In this document: positions 7,410-15,815 of the stretch, piece by piece
Layout: every line of letters begins with the position of its first letter
Position numbering within the stretch: the stretch's first letter is position 1
IMG/VR virus record: IMGVR_UViG_3300020045_008227
Coordinates: 1 to 25,548 of that record
Length of the DNA: 25,548 nucleotides
Direction: 5' to 3' (one strand)
Origin: a virus
Taxonomy: Duplodnaviria > Caudoviricetes
Translations under genes and position numbers: made by a program
The notes under the pieces: generated by a model
Seen by the model: the letters and a program-made list of their open reading frames with translations, nothing else
Told to the model about the DNA's origin: nothing
Database searches by the model: none

Positions 7410-9620
7410 TTACTTGTTTAAAAGAGTTAATTTCGTTTTTCCTCCTGTCAAAGGTATATCACTTTCTAATACGGTGTACTTAGTTTCCTTAATTATAATT
7501 TCCTGATTGTCTTCAAACTTTTGTATTTTAACATTTGGTAAATTAAGCTCTATAGTATGAATCATTTTTTTTCCGCTTAACGTGTCCTTGATAAACGATT
7601 TGAAAGACTGTACATACAATGTGTTTTGATCTACAAAATCGCCCGCTGCAATACTAAAAATAGACGTAATATAATTAGACACTCCTGTCTTAATTCTATT
7701 GCTCTTGTGGCTTATTCCGTGATACTTACTAATAGGTTTCAAGGTCTTAGTATCGGTATCTACAATAGCGTAAGGAGTTGAAATATTCAGAACACCATTA
7801 TAGTAAAACACAGGAAGTTCTTTCGTAATTGTGTCATAAATAAATCTAGTCTCTGAGTCGTTTAATTTCGGTTCGTTTCCAAACGGATAAAAAGTATTTA
7901 TAATCACATCAGCATTTGAAAATACAGGACTAAATACTGGTGCTGTGAATTTAGTTTCTATTTTAAATTCTGATTTTGGTTTAGGCATGACCCCAGTAAC
8001 AGGATCAGGAAGTGGGTATTTCAATTGCCCATACTCCAGCCCTGTAGCGACAAGAAAAGCAATATTTTGCTGATATTCACTTGTAGCGTGCTTCAGATTG
8101 TAACCGTCATATTTTGTATTTGTCTTCTTTGTTACCTTAGATAAATCGGCCCATGATGTCAAATCATTTTCAATACGCTTTGCGGAATGAGCAGTAGATC
8201 CTATTGTTTTTGGCGTATAATAAAAATCATTCAACACTTTATCTTTGAATTTTTTATACCCAAACATTGTGTAAATGCTTTTCACAAAATCAATAAGTTT
8301 CATTTCTGACAAGCTTTCGAATAAATTTACAATATTAGGCGTAATCGCAGGTTGCACGTTGTTATTCACTGTTTTTATCCAATTTGGCGTAACCCAATCA
8401 AAACCTATATTTGTGTATTTCCATTCCGCTAAAGTATCTACGCTGGCAAACACTGCTATTAACGGTTTTATCAAAGTACTTGGTTCGCTAGCGCCCTCTG
8501 GAGTAAAGACGTCTAGCCCTATGTGTAATTTTAGTTTAGAACTTTTACTTTCCGACCCCTCTGATATAGTATAATTCAGCTTCTTTTTCTTATTACCGTA
8601 AATGTCTACTTCCCATACTTCCATGTTATAAACATAGGCAGAGTTAACACTTGCTGATTCTGGAAAATAAGCTGAAGAAACTACACTGGATTTAGCCAGT
8701 TGTATAATCATTCCAAAATTAGCCGTGTGATCGTCTCCGCCTCCATAGCCTAGATAATTAAGCTCAAAAACATTTCCCAAAGAGGGAGGTGACAACGGCT
8801 TTATCAATACATCGAAACGCTCTTCTCTGAACAAATCGTAATTCCAAACAGTTTGTGTTATTTTTACAAGCTTTTCTTTCACCGCTATTTCAGCGGTACA
8901 CATCGTAGCTAAATCAGTTAATTGGGTAATATTTCCAATGTATGGAGTAGGATCTATTTTTATATCATATTTTGAATTTATCTTTTCCAAAATATCCGAC
9001 ATAAACACAGCGGGTCTAATTTCTTGAGTCAAAAGAACGTCCTCACTTGTGATTGGCTTTGCTGGGAAATACGCTATGTTATCAGTAGACAATGCTCTAC
9101 TGTCTATTGCAAAAATTCTTTGAGTAGATACCAGCGGAATAAACCAACGAAACCCACCAGAAGCATTTTGAATACTTTGTAATGCGTTTTGAATATTTTT
9201 TGTTGACCAAACAATATCCCCAACCCCATCATTTAGCATTGCTAGAGTATCTTCGCCTAGTATTTCGGTAAGATTCTTTTGTCCATCGGAAAACTCTTGC
9301 TCAAACAAGGAAGGTTTCCCGTTTATCCAAGAAGTACCTTTCAATGTGACTATACCCTCTTTGAATAACTGGCCGCCTAAATATAATTTTGCTCTTTTCT
9401 TAATGTTAGTTGGTGCGTTTTGCTCAGTATAGCCAAAATATCCATACAATTTTATATTGTTTGGAGTTGCTTCTGTAGAAAAATCATTGGTAAACCCCTT
9501 GAATACTGCTGTAATATCCTGTAGATATGTTGTTTTTGTATTCAAAGTTACAGTTTCATTAATGAAAGTATCAGCTAAACCATATTCGCCAGGCGTATCT
9601 TTTTCAATGTACAGATTCAT
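7410..9620 (-). CDS. Tail tip / baseplate-hub-like protein
   Basis: 736 aa beta-rich protein with N-terminal D.F..E...QDI...FT..F..AT..N pattern of Bacteroidota tail proteins. Adjacent to the TMP. Confidence 0.65.
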   Translation of the reverse strand: MNLYIEKDTPGEYGLADTFINETVTLNTKTTYLQDITAVFKGFTNDFSTEATPNNIKLYGYFGYTEQNAPTNIKKRAKLYLGGQLFKEGIVTLKGTSWINGKPSLFEQEFSDGQKNLTEILGEDTLAMLNDGVGDIVWSTKNIQNALQSIQNASGGFRWFIPLVSTQRIFAIDSRALSTDNIAYFPAKPITSEDVLLTQEIRPAVFMSDILEKINSKYDIKIDPTPYIGNITQLTDLATMCTAEIAVKEKLVKITQTVWNYDLFREERFDVLIKPLSPPSLGNVFELNYLGYGGGDDHTANFGMIIQLAKSSVVSSAYFPESASVNSAYVYNMEVWEVDIYGNKKKKLNYTISEGSESKSSKLKLHIGLDVFTPEGASEPSTLIKPLIAVFASVDTLAEWKYTNIGFDWVTPNWIKTVNNNVQPAITPNIVNLFESLSEMKLIDFVKSIYTMFGYKKFKDKVLNDFYYTPKTIGSTAHSAKRIENDLTSWADLSKVTKKTNTKYDGYNLKHATSEYQQNIAFLVATGLEYGQLKYPLPDPVTGVMPKPKSEFKIETKFTAPVFSPVFSNADVIINTFYPFGNEPKLNDSETRFIYDTITKELPVFYYNGVLNISTPYAIVDTDTKTLKPISKYHGISHKSNRIKTGVSNYITSIFSIAAGDFVDQNTLYVQSFKSFIKDTLSGKKMIHTIELNLPNVKIQKFEDNQEIIIKETKYTVLESDIPLTGGKTKLTLLNK

Positions 9621-9769
9621 GCTTTCAAATCATTTAAGTATTGAGCAATTTCTTTCAATAGTTCGTGCTGATTTTCTTCAACACGAAAAGAAAACATCTT
9701 TTTTGTTGATGTTTTCTTTTTATTACCGCCCCTGTTATCGGAGCGGTTAGGTTTTAGGATTTGTGCCAT
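9617..9769 (-). CDS. 50-aa putative ribbon-helix-helix-like DNA-binding protein
   Basis: Hand-translated MAQILKPNRSDNRGGNKKKTSTKKMFSFRVEENQHELLKEIAQYLNDLKA. TAATG and ATGA overlaps at its two ends. Confidence 0.6.
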   Translation of the reverse strand: MAQILKPNRSDNRGGNKKKTSTKKMFSFRVEENQHELLKEIAQYLNDLKA

Positions 9770-9909
9770 TATTTTTCTCTTGAAACTTTAGTAACAATTC
9801 CTTGTGGTCTCCAAGACCCCAGGTATATTTTTTTTGCTATAGAAATCCAAATATTATCATACAGTTTTTCAGTAGTCCCGTTTTCGAATGTTAAGATAGT
9901 TGCTTTCAT
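9769..9909 (-). CDS. 46-aa hypothetical protein
   Basis: Hand-translated MKATILTFENGTTEKLYDNIWISIAKKIYLGSWRPQGIVTKVSREK, tightly packed between neighbours. Confidence 0.55.
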   Translation of the reverse strand: MKATILTFENGTTEKLYDNIWISIAKKIYLGSWRPQGIVTKVSREK

Positions 9910-9913
9910 AATA

Positions 9914-10084
9914 TTAGTTTTCTAAAGTTCTGATTTCTCTTTGAATTTTTGTGCAAACTGAAGCATATCTTGCTCCTTTTGGATTTCTAACAATTTTACC
10001 TCCAATTTTAGAACTTCCAGTATAATCGTCTCTTAATTCTTGAAGTCTTGCTAATCTGTTTTCTAATGTTTGTAAACGTGTCAT
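9914..10084 (-). CDS. 56-aa hypothetical helical protein
   Basis: Hand-translated MTRLQTLENRLARLQELRDDYTGSSKIGGKIVRNPKGARYASVCTKIQREIRTLEN. Preceded by a promoter box and A-rich leader. Confidence 0.6.
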   Translation of the reverse strand: MTRLQTLENRLARLQELRDDYTGSSKIGGKIVRNPKGARYASVCTKIQREIRTLEN

Positions 10085-10120
10085 GATAAGTTGTTTTAGT
10101 GTTTCGCTTTATTGCTGAGA

Positions 10121-10128
10121 CAAATATA
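10121..10128 (-). promoter_or_regulatory. Bacteroidota -7 promoter box
   Basis: TATATTTG, 36 nt upstream of ATG 10084. Confidence 0.65.
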
Positions 10129-10172
10129 CAACCACTTTTCAAATATTGTATTACATTTTAAAATTTTAACAT

Positions 10173-11330
10173 TTATTTAACTTTTGAAGCCGTTTCTCTA
10201 AACTTGAAGAAGTACGAAATATCTCTCTTGTCGTTTATATTAGTTTTCTTCACGAAGTCAGTATCAACGCAAGTAACAGGCACCTGTAAGTATGTGGAAT
10301 AATACCCAACATCAGCCAAAGTAATAGTGTCGCTGTCAACCGTAATTGTTTCGTTATCGACTGTTATGATATCATTATCAACTGTGATTCCCTGTTGCTC
10401 TACTGTCCATCTTTGTTCGTAAAAACGAACCAAATATATTTTCGGAGAGTACAGTAATTCCTCAATTACTCCGTTCATGCTTTCATCCATCACACCAGTA
10501 TTCACAGTGTATGTCTGAAAAACTTCTTCAATACTTGTGTTCTTGAAATGCGTGCTTTCGGTGTTTATCATTGAGCTATCTCGGAAAGCTTTTTGGCTTT
10601 CCTGTCTTTTGATTTCGTCATTAATAGTCACTTTTCCAGTAGTAGTAATATACTGGAACAATCCTTGTCTATCCAAGTAGATAAAAAGTATTGGCTCTTT
10701 CACGCATACTACAGAAGGTGGCACAACTTGACTAGTGACAACAAAGTTATTACTAGTGCGGTCAGCACCAAAAGCAAATGATTGGGCGGCGTAGTATGGG
10801 ATGTATTCAGCATATTTTTTGATTGGATTATTTACAACATTGAACCCATTGGATCCGCCAACAAATGATCCGTAAAAAGGGTTTTGCTCGTTTCTCCAGC
10901 GATAACCCAAAGTAACTACTCTATCGGTTACATTGATAGCTGGTACGCTTGTGGTTTCATCGTAAGCATAATATGAGTATCGATAAAACAAACACATACC
11001 TTGCACGTAAGGAAGGCTTGTGTTGTGATAAAGCAGTACAGGAAAATCTACATTGTTTAGATTGTCTTTTCGTATCAAATCATTCTTCAAGTAGTCCTGA
11101 ATTTCAAAAGCTACATACTTGTCGTCACTTGAAACGCGGGCTTTGTCCAGCACATAAGTATTTACGTTTACTTCTGCCAGCGAATCATCAATATCGAAAG
11201 TCACTAACTGTAAACGAATGCGTGTGTTTATTTCTGGCGGTACGTATGCAGGAAAATCCGTCATTAAATCGATACGTACAACTACTGGAGAATTGCAAAA
11301 GGCTACCTGTGAAAGATCTGTTATGTTCAT
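10173..11330 (-). CDS. Minor tail protein (distal-tail-like)
   Basis: 385 aa with YLDRQG..QY...GK and TVNTG......IEELLYSPKIY motifs of Bacteroidota tail proteins. Contains ITVD heptad repeats. Confidence 0.65.
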   Translation of the reverse strand: MNITDLSQVAFCNSPVVVRIDLMTDFPAYVPPEINTRIRLQLVTFDIDDSLAEVNVNTYVLDKARVSSDDKYVAFEIQDYLKNDLIRKDNLNNVDFPVLLYHNTSLPYVQGMCLFYRYSYYAYDETTSVPAINVTDRVVTLGYRWRNEQNPFYGSFVGGSNGFNVVNNPIKKYAEYIPYYAAQSFAFGADRTSNNFVVTSQVVPPSVVCVKEPILFIYLDRQGLFQYITTTGKVTINDEIKRQESQKAFRDSSMINTESTHFKNTSIEEVFQTYTVNTGVMDESMNGVIEELLYSPKIYLVRFYEQRWTVEQQGITVDNDIITVDNETITVDSDTITLADVGYYSTYLQVPVTCVDTDFVKKTNINDKRDISYFFKFRETASKVK

Positions 11331-11332
11331 TT

Positions 11333-11665
11333 TTATTTTTTTATTCCTGCATTTTTCAAGATGTTAGTAACTAGATTTTTTGAAATCACATTAATCGATT
11401 CAGGCAAATGTTTTTTTATCGATACTGCTAATTCATTTGGCTTTTGATATTGTCCATAATAGAACTGAGACATAGTAAGCCGTTGCGATTTTACACGGTA
11501 ATTTATAGACTTTCGCAAAGATCCCCCTCTATGAATAACGTTTCCGTTCTTATCAAATCTATCCTTAGATTTTCTAGAAGTCACCCTGGCTTCTTCGTAA
11601 ACAATTTCACCTAATACTTTAAGTTCGTCCTCAATTATCTTCTTGTTCGGATTCTTTGCTGGCAT
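11333..11665 (-). CDS. Neck/tail-completion protein, HK97 gp10-like (paralog B)
   Basis: 110 aa, basic, GSLRKSINY...YYGQY. Confidence 0.6.
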   Translation of the reverse strand: MPAKNPNKKIIEDELKVLGEIVYEEARVTSRKSKDRFDKNGNVIHRGGSLRKSINYRVKSQRLTMSQFYYGQYQKPNELAVSIKKHLPESINVISKNLVTNILKNAGIKK

Positions 11666-12035
11666 ATTTTCTACGTTGTGCTAATAATTTTTCAATCAAT
11701 GCTTTTGCTCCCCTGCCTGCGTTTTTCCCTGCCCTTGGTTCGGGAGTAGTGAATGTTCTACCAGAAGCAGCTTTATACTGAGCTTTCTGTACATTCCCTT
11801 CTTCGTCCAGTTCTTCAATTACATACGGAATACCTTTCATATAACGTGCAGCATTCTGAATTAGCTGTGAGTTTTCATAATACTGCCCATAGAACAATTG
11901 ACGGAAAACAATCTGCCCGCGTGCCACGGTGTAATTAATAGAGCGTTTCAAGGCTCCAGTATCAACGTGTGCGGTTTTCTTACTCAGGTCAACAACCTTT
12001 TGCGCCAGCGCTTCTTCTGATAGTGTTACAGCCAT
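11631..12035 (-). CDS. Neck/tail-completion protein, HK97 gp10-like (paralog A)
   Basis: 134 aa with VDTGALKRSINY...FYGQY, the gp10-like signature. Confidence 0.7.
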   Translation of the reverse strand: MAVTLSEEALAQKVVDLSKKTAHVDTGALKRSINYTVARGQIVFRQLFYGQYYENSQLIQNAARYMKGIPYVIEELDEEGNVQKAQYKAASGRTFTTPEPRAGKNAGRGAKALIEKLLAQRRKYASKESEQEDN

Positions 12036-12037
12036 AA

Positions 12038-12493
12038 TTATTCAGGACATGCACTGCCCTCGTTAGGTATTGATAATATAATATCGAATTCATGCCCGCT
12101 TAAATCGTTCAAATTCTCACGTTCAATCTTGGTTACTTTTGATTTGCTAGATATTTCTATGCCATCAGAATTGTATTGACGAAATGAATTGATAAACGAT
12201 TGACAAATATTGAATGTTTCGTTAAAAATATCATCTTTGTTTGTGTCGATTTGTAATTTACTGTCAGTAGTTCTAGTGTACACGTCGTTTTGATCCAGCG
12301 ATTTAATATGGAACGAAAACAAAATAACATCTTCTTGAATGTCACTGTCTTTATATTCAACATTTACTATTGGATATATAGTTTCTTTGTTCGTGTCTAC
12401 CAAATCATTTGTTAATGTAGTGATAGTATTCACAAGTGGATCACTCGAAAACTTTCCAAGTACGTAATCTTTTGTTTTTTGATATTCGTTCAT
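12038..12493 (-). CDS. Tail terminator-like protein
   Basis: 151 aa, acidic, with YPIVNV and final G.EF.I.L.IPN strand. Position next to neck genes. Confidence 0.55.
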   Translation of the reverse strand: MNEYQKTKDYVLGKFSSDPLVNTITTLTNDLVDTNKETIYPIVNVEYKDSDIQEDVILFSFHIKSLDQNDVYTRTTDSKLQIDTNKDDIFNETFNICQSFINSFRQYNSDGIEISSKSKVTKIERENLNDLSGHEFDIILSIPNEGSACPE

Positions 12494-12609
12494 CTGTGAA
12501 ATACTGATTTACTTACAACTGATTTAGATAAGTCATGTTTTACCATTTCAGGAATTCCAATTACATTAACCCCTATATAAAAACATACTGATGTGATTAG
12601 CTTTTTCAT
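12490..12609 (-). CDS. 39-aa micro-ORF with hydrophobic N-terminus
   Basis: Hand-translated MKKLITSVCFYIGVNVIGIPEMVKHDLSKSVVSKSVFHR. Fills the gap exactly, with an ATGA overlap to the next gene. Confidence 0.45.
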   Translation of the reverse strand: MKKLITSVCFYIGVNVIGIPEMVKHDLSKSVVSKSVFHR

Positions 12610-12611
12610 AA

Positions 12612-13250
12612 TTATTCTACCGACTCAACGGCTCTTTTTCTTAATAAATATTCTCCCAACGCCAAATATTCCGACAACTTCATTTCGTTAACCTCATTGA
12701 ATTTCATTGCGTCACCTTTAGCGAGTAAGTATGTAATCTCAGCATAAGCCCCGTAATATTCTTGAAACTCCTGTCTTAGCTGTTTTCCTGCACTATAACC
12801 GCCAATCTTTCCAATTATAGGCGGGTTATAAATCCACTCATACAAATCCTTAAAATGCGCTACACTTTGCAAAAATTCATTTTTTACCTGTTGCGCAAAC
12901 TGAATTGAAATGTTTTTTACCTTCTTACCTGATAGGTGATTATATAGGCTTACAATATCAGCCAGTGCTAAATAAGCGTCGGCCGTGATAAAATACTTTG
13001 CTGGCTTATTTTCGAAATCAAGATCCATTTTTAAATCATAAACGATATGCTGAGGCCTCAACTTCATAAACTCATTAATACATTCTATCCAGCTTCTTTC
13101 GTCGTTAGGGTAGAATGTTTTCAGAATAGCTAAAGTATAATCTTCGTCGCTATTCTTTTCTTGCTCCTTCAGCTGGTTCATCATTTCCGTGAACTTCTCG
13201 TAATCGATTTGTTTTAACGGTTTTGACTTCTTCTGGATAAATTTTGTCAT
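12612..13250 (-). CDS. Tail assembly chaperone-like protein
   Basis: 212 aa. C-terminal F..YYG.Y..ITY.LAKGD..KFNEV..M.L resembles Bacteroidota phage tail chaperones. Start uncertain. Confidence 0.55.
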   Translation of the reverse strand: MTKFIQKKSKPLKQIDYEKFTEMMNQLKEQEKNSDEDYTLAILKTFYPNDERSWIECINEFMKLRPQHIVYDLKMDLDFENKPAKYFITADAYLALADIVSLYNHLSGKKVKNISIQFAQQVKNEFLQSVAHFKDLYEWIYNPPIIGKIGGYSAGKQLRQEFQEYYGAYAEITYLLAKGDAMKFNEVNEMKLSEYLALGEYLLRKRAVESVE

Positions 13251-13338
13251 ACGTTTGTTTGATAAGTTTTTGACTTGGATCTAATTCTGAATCTGGACTT
13301 TCCACGAATGGAAAGTGGCTTTTAAATAATGCTTTCAT
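13150..13338 (-). CDS. 62-aa protein, possibly N-terminal part of the chaperone
   Basis: Starts by ATGA coupling and overlaps the downstream ORF by 101 nt. Confidence 0.5.
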   Translation of the reverse strand: MKALFKSHFPFVESPDSELDPSQKLIKQTYDKIYPEEVKTVKTNRLREVHGNDEPAEGARKE

Positions 13339-13565
13339 AATGAATTATTTTCAATTATTATTTTTGATAATTCCTGACCATGTAACTTAAAATTAATTTC
13401 ACCATTACGCTTTACAACTAAATAATCAATAGGCACACTAGCTATTAATTTATGAGTACATTCTTCGGTTTTAAAAAGAGTAATTCTCCCGTTTTCTTCA
13501 TTACGAATTAAATCGCAATCAATAGTTTTTATTATTTCAGATTTGTGATAAATATCTACTTTCAT
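13335..13565 (-). CDS. Hypothetical protein
   Basis: 76 aa, packed between terL and chaperone region. Confidence 0.6.
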   Translation of the reverse strand: MKVDIYHKSEIIKTIDCDLIRNEENGRITLFKTEECTHKLIASVPIDYLVVKRNGEINFKLHGQELSKIIIENNSL

Positions 13566-13582
13566 GATATAATTTTTTAAAG

Positions 13583-14797
13583 TTAATCCAGCCCACTCGT
13601 ATAAATCTGTTCTACAACTGCATAACCTCCAGCATCCAACACACCGTCAATTCCAAGTGTTTTATCTGGCAAGCCTTTTTTATACGGTTGTTGTTCTAAC
13701 GCATCAGTGAACTTTGGACATTTTGCCAAATTTACAAATAATTTTTCATCTTCAAACGATTTATTTACAGATCTTACACGGTTTAGAATTTCGGGGTTTT
13801 TCCTTTTGATGTTTACATTGAAATTCCATTGATCCTCCATTAGAATGTCGTAGTCGGAAACACCAGCGGAACGCCTATTTTTACATGATGCGTCAGGGTT
13901 TATCTCAATTTCGTTATCTGGGTAACGTTCCCGAATTTGCCTACTCATTTCGGCTGTGTCATACACGCCTGTGAACTCGTCAACTGCGAACATTGCGCCC
14001 GAATCAATCACGTAAACAACCGCACTCATATCTTGAACATTGAAATCCATCCCGATATATAAATTCTCTCTTGGTAATGCTTCACGTGTTGTATTATTAA
14101 TATCGCGCTTGAATCCTTTGTAGACAGTTCCGCTGGTAAGATTACAGAATTCTCCGTTAATGTATGCAGTCAGTTCTTCAAGCGTGTACTGAGCTGTCAA
14201 CGTATCAATATAATCAGGAGGTAGAAAAGGATTATCGCTGGTTTTTGCTTTTATCAAAAGTTTTTCAGTTGTCCATTCTTTTACAGCGAAATTGTAAAGG
14301 AAATTAAAACCTTCGGGTGTGCTAACCAAATCAATCGCATTCTTACCACCTTTTAAGCAAACCTGTCTGTTACGGGCTATTATTTTATTAAAAACCTTTT
14401 TCGCCTTATCCTTAGGTAAAATGTCAATTTCGTCGATGATACTGTAAAAAGTTTCGTAACCTACAATCGTTTCGGGTTTAGTCATATTCCTAAGCAGGAT
14501 CTTTCCCATGTGAGTATAGAACACTTTTTTTTGTTCGTGATACTTGTATCTTATTTTATGGGTTTCGAAAAATTCTTGAAACCTAGGTACAGCGATATCA
14601 TTTATAAGTGGGTAGTTTGGGAGATAATAGCCTACATTCAATTTTTTACTGGTAGAAGCTAATTTTACTACTGCCTTAGTTACGGCTCCTTCTGTTTTTC
14701 CAGACCCAAATCCAGCAACTAAAATAGTATGTTTAGCTTTAGATAAGATAAATTCTTTCTGATGCTTAAGCATACTAAGTCTTGATTTAGGTTTCAT
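13583..14797 (-). CDS. terL: Terminase large subunit
   Basis: Walker A AGFGSGKT, Walker B SIIDE, STPEG, DNPFLP, nuclease motifs GMDFN, PDAS, D..LDA.GY. Confidence 0.95.
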   Translation of the reverse strand: MKPKSRLSMLKHQKEFILSKAKHTILVAGFGSGKTEGAVTKAVVKLASTSKKLNVGYYLPNYPLINDIAVPRFQEFFETHKIRYKYHEQKKVFYTHMGKILLRNMTKPETIVGYETFYSIIDEIDILPKDKAKKVFNKIIARNRQVCLKGGKNAIDLVSTPEGFNFLYNFAVKEWTTEKLLIKAKTSDNPFLPPDYIDTLTAQYTLEELTAYINGEFCNLTSGTVYKGFKRDINNTTREALPRENLYIGMDFNVQDMSAVVYVIDSGAMFAVDEFTGVYDTAEMSRQIRERYPDNEIEINPDASCKNRRSAGVSDYDILMEDQWNFNVNIKRKNPEILNRVRSVNKSFEDEKLFVNLAKCPKFTDALEQQPYKKGLPDKTLGIDGVLDAGGYAVVEQIYTSGLD

Positions 14798-15246
14798 ATC
14801 TCTTCTATTTCAAAACCGTTAAATTCGCTTTCATCTTCTTCATTACCGTAAGACCCGTCCATTTTATTTAATAAGTCGATATATCTTAATGGGTCATACG
14901 AGGAAAGCTTTACAACACCATCCCTTGAAACCGCTTCTTTCCATACTTTTTTCTTACCTATAGCTATATCTGACAATAATTGTTGTCTTTCTATTTTTGA
15001 TAATATATTAGAAGTTACTAATTCAGATACTACTTTTTCAATAGTTTGATTTTCAACTTCTTGTATTTTTTTTAAATAAGGTTTATGTCTTTTTTCCGCT
15101 TCCTCATACCATCGATAATAGGTGCTTTTTGGGACTTCCCACTTCTTCCCAAACTTTCCCAAAATAGTAGGTTTATCAATACCCTTCTTTAAATCAGAAA
15201 GTATTGATTTTATTGCGGTTTCCTTATCTATTTTATTCTTACCCAT
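14794..15246 (-). CDS. terS: Terminase small subunit (N-terminal HTH)
   Basis: 150 aa, HTH-like W.VPKSTYYRW, LS..ER..LLS.IA and IDLLNKMDG motifs. ATGA-coupled to terL. Confidence 0.75.
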   Translation of the reverse strand: MGKNKIDKETAIKSILSDLKKGIDKPTILGKFGKKWEVPKSTYYRWYEEAEKRHKPYLKKIQEVENQTIEKVVSELVTSNILSKIERQQLLSDIAIGKKKVWKEAVSRDGVVKLSSYDPLRYIDLLNKMDGSYGNEEDESEFNGFEIEEI

Positions 15247-15251
15247 TTAGG

Positions 15252-15259
15252 CAAAGATA
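15252..15259 (-). promoter_or_regulatory. Bacteroidota -7 promoter box (late/terminase operon)
   Basis: TATCTTTG, 5 nt before the terS ATG. Confidence 0.55.
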
Positions 15260-15287
15260 AAAAAAAACCTCCACATTGGGAGGTTTT
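15259..15287 (-). terminator. Intrinsic terminator ending the middle operon
   Basis: AAAACCTCC-caatgt-GGAGGTTTT followed by further Ts. Confidence 0.8.
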
Positions 15288-15293
15288 GATTAT

Positions 15294-15605
15294 TTATTCT
15301 ATTTCTAATACCGTGCAATTGGTAACACATTTTCTTTTAGCCTCCTCTTTATCTTTAAAAGACCCTAGAAAATAGTTCCTTTCGCCTAATAATAAATACC
15401 TTTTTTTATTTATAAGTTTATCCTGAATCTCTAGCAATTCTTTCTTTCTCTTGATCTTTACTTTCAAAGCGTTATACATGACGTTCATGATTTCGTTTTG
15501 CTCCTGTAGTTCGTTATTTCTTTCTTCTTCGAGCCTAAGTATTACTTTATACCAAATGCAAGCTATCAGAAGAAAAACACATACTATTAATAAAAATTCG
15601 TTCAT
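15294..15605 (-). CDS. Hypothetical membrane-anchored coiled-coil protein
   Basis: 103 aa with N-terminal hydrophobic helix FLLIVCVFLLIACIWY followed by a coiled coil. Confidence 0.65.
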   Translation of the reverse strand: MNEFLLIVCVFLLIACIWYKVILRLEEERNNELQEQNEIMNVMYNALKVKIKRKKELLEIQDKLINKKRYLLLGERNYFLGSFKDKEEAKRKCVTNCTVLEIE

Positions 15606-15811
15606 AATGAATTGATTGCGGTTACTGTTTCTCTTAACTCTTTTTCTAATGCTATCCTGCGCAATTCAAGTACTTCTCTACCTCTTGCCTTTGCAGTGTG
15701 AATAATTATCGCAATCTCTGCGTTTTCAAATCCTGACACTAGAATGTCATGCACTATTGACTGAGCTTTATCTTCTATGATTTCGGCTCTACTTTTCTTT
15801 TTCCAAAACAT
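15602..15811 (-). CDS. Hypothetical protein
   Basis: 69 aa, helical, ATGA-coupled. Confidence 0.65.
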   Translation of the reverse strand: MFWKKKSRAEIIEDKAQSIVHDILVSGFENAEIAIIIHTAKARGREVLELRRIALEKELRETVTAINSL

Positions 15812-15815
15812 AATG

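Noticed and set aside
15294-15605. Spanin or holin call
   Set aside because: TM helix plus coiled coil fits loosely, but no lipobox partner or endolysin is nearby and it lies in a non-late operon.
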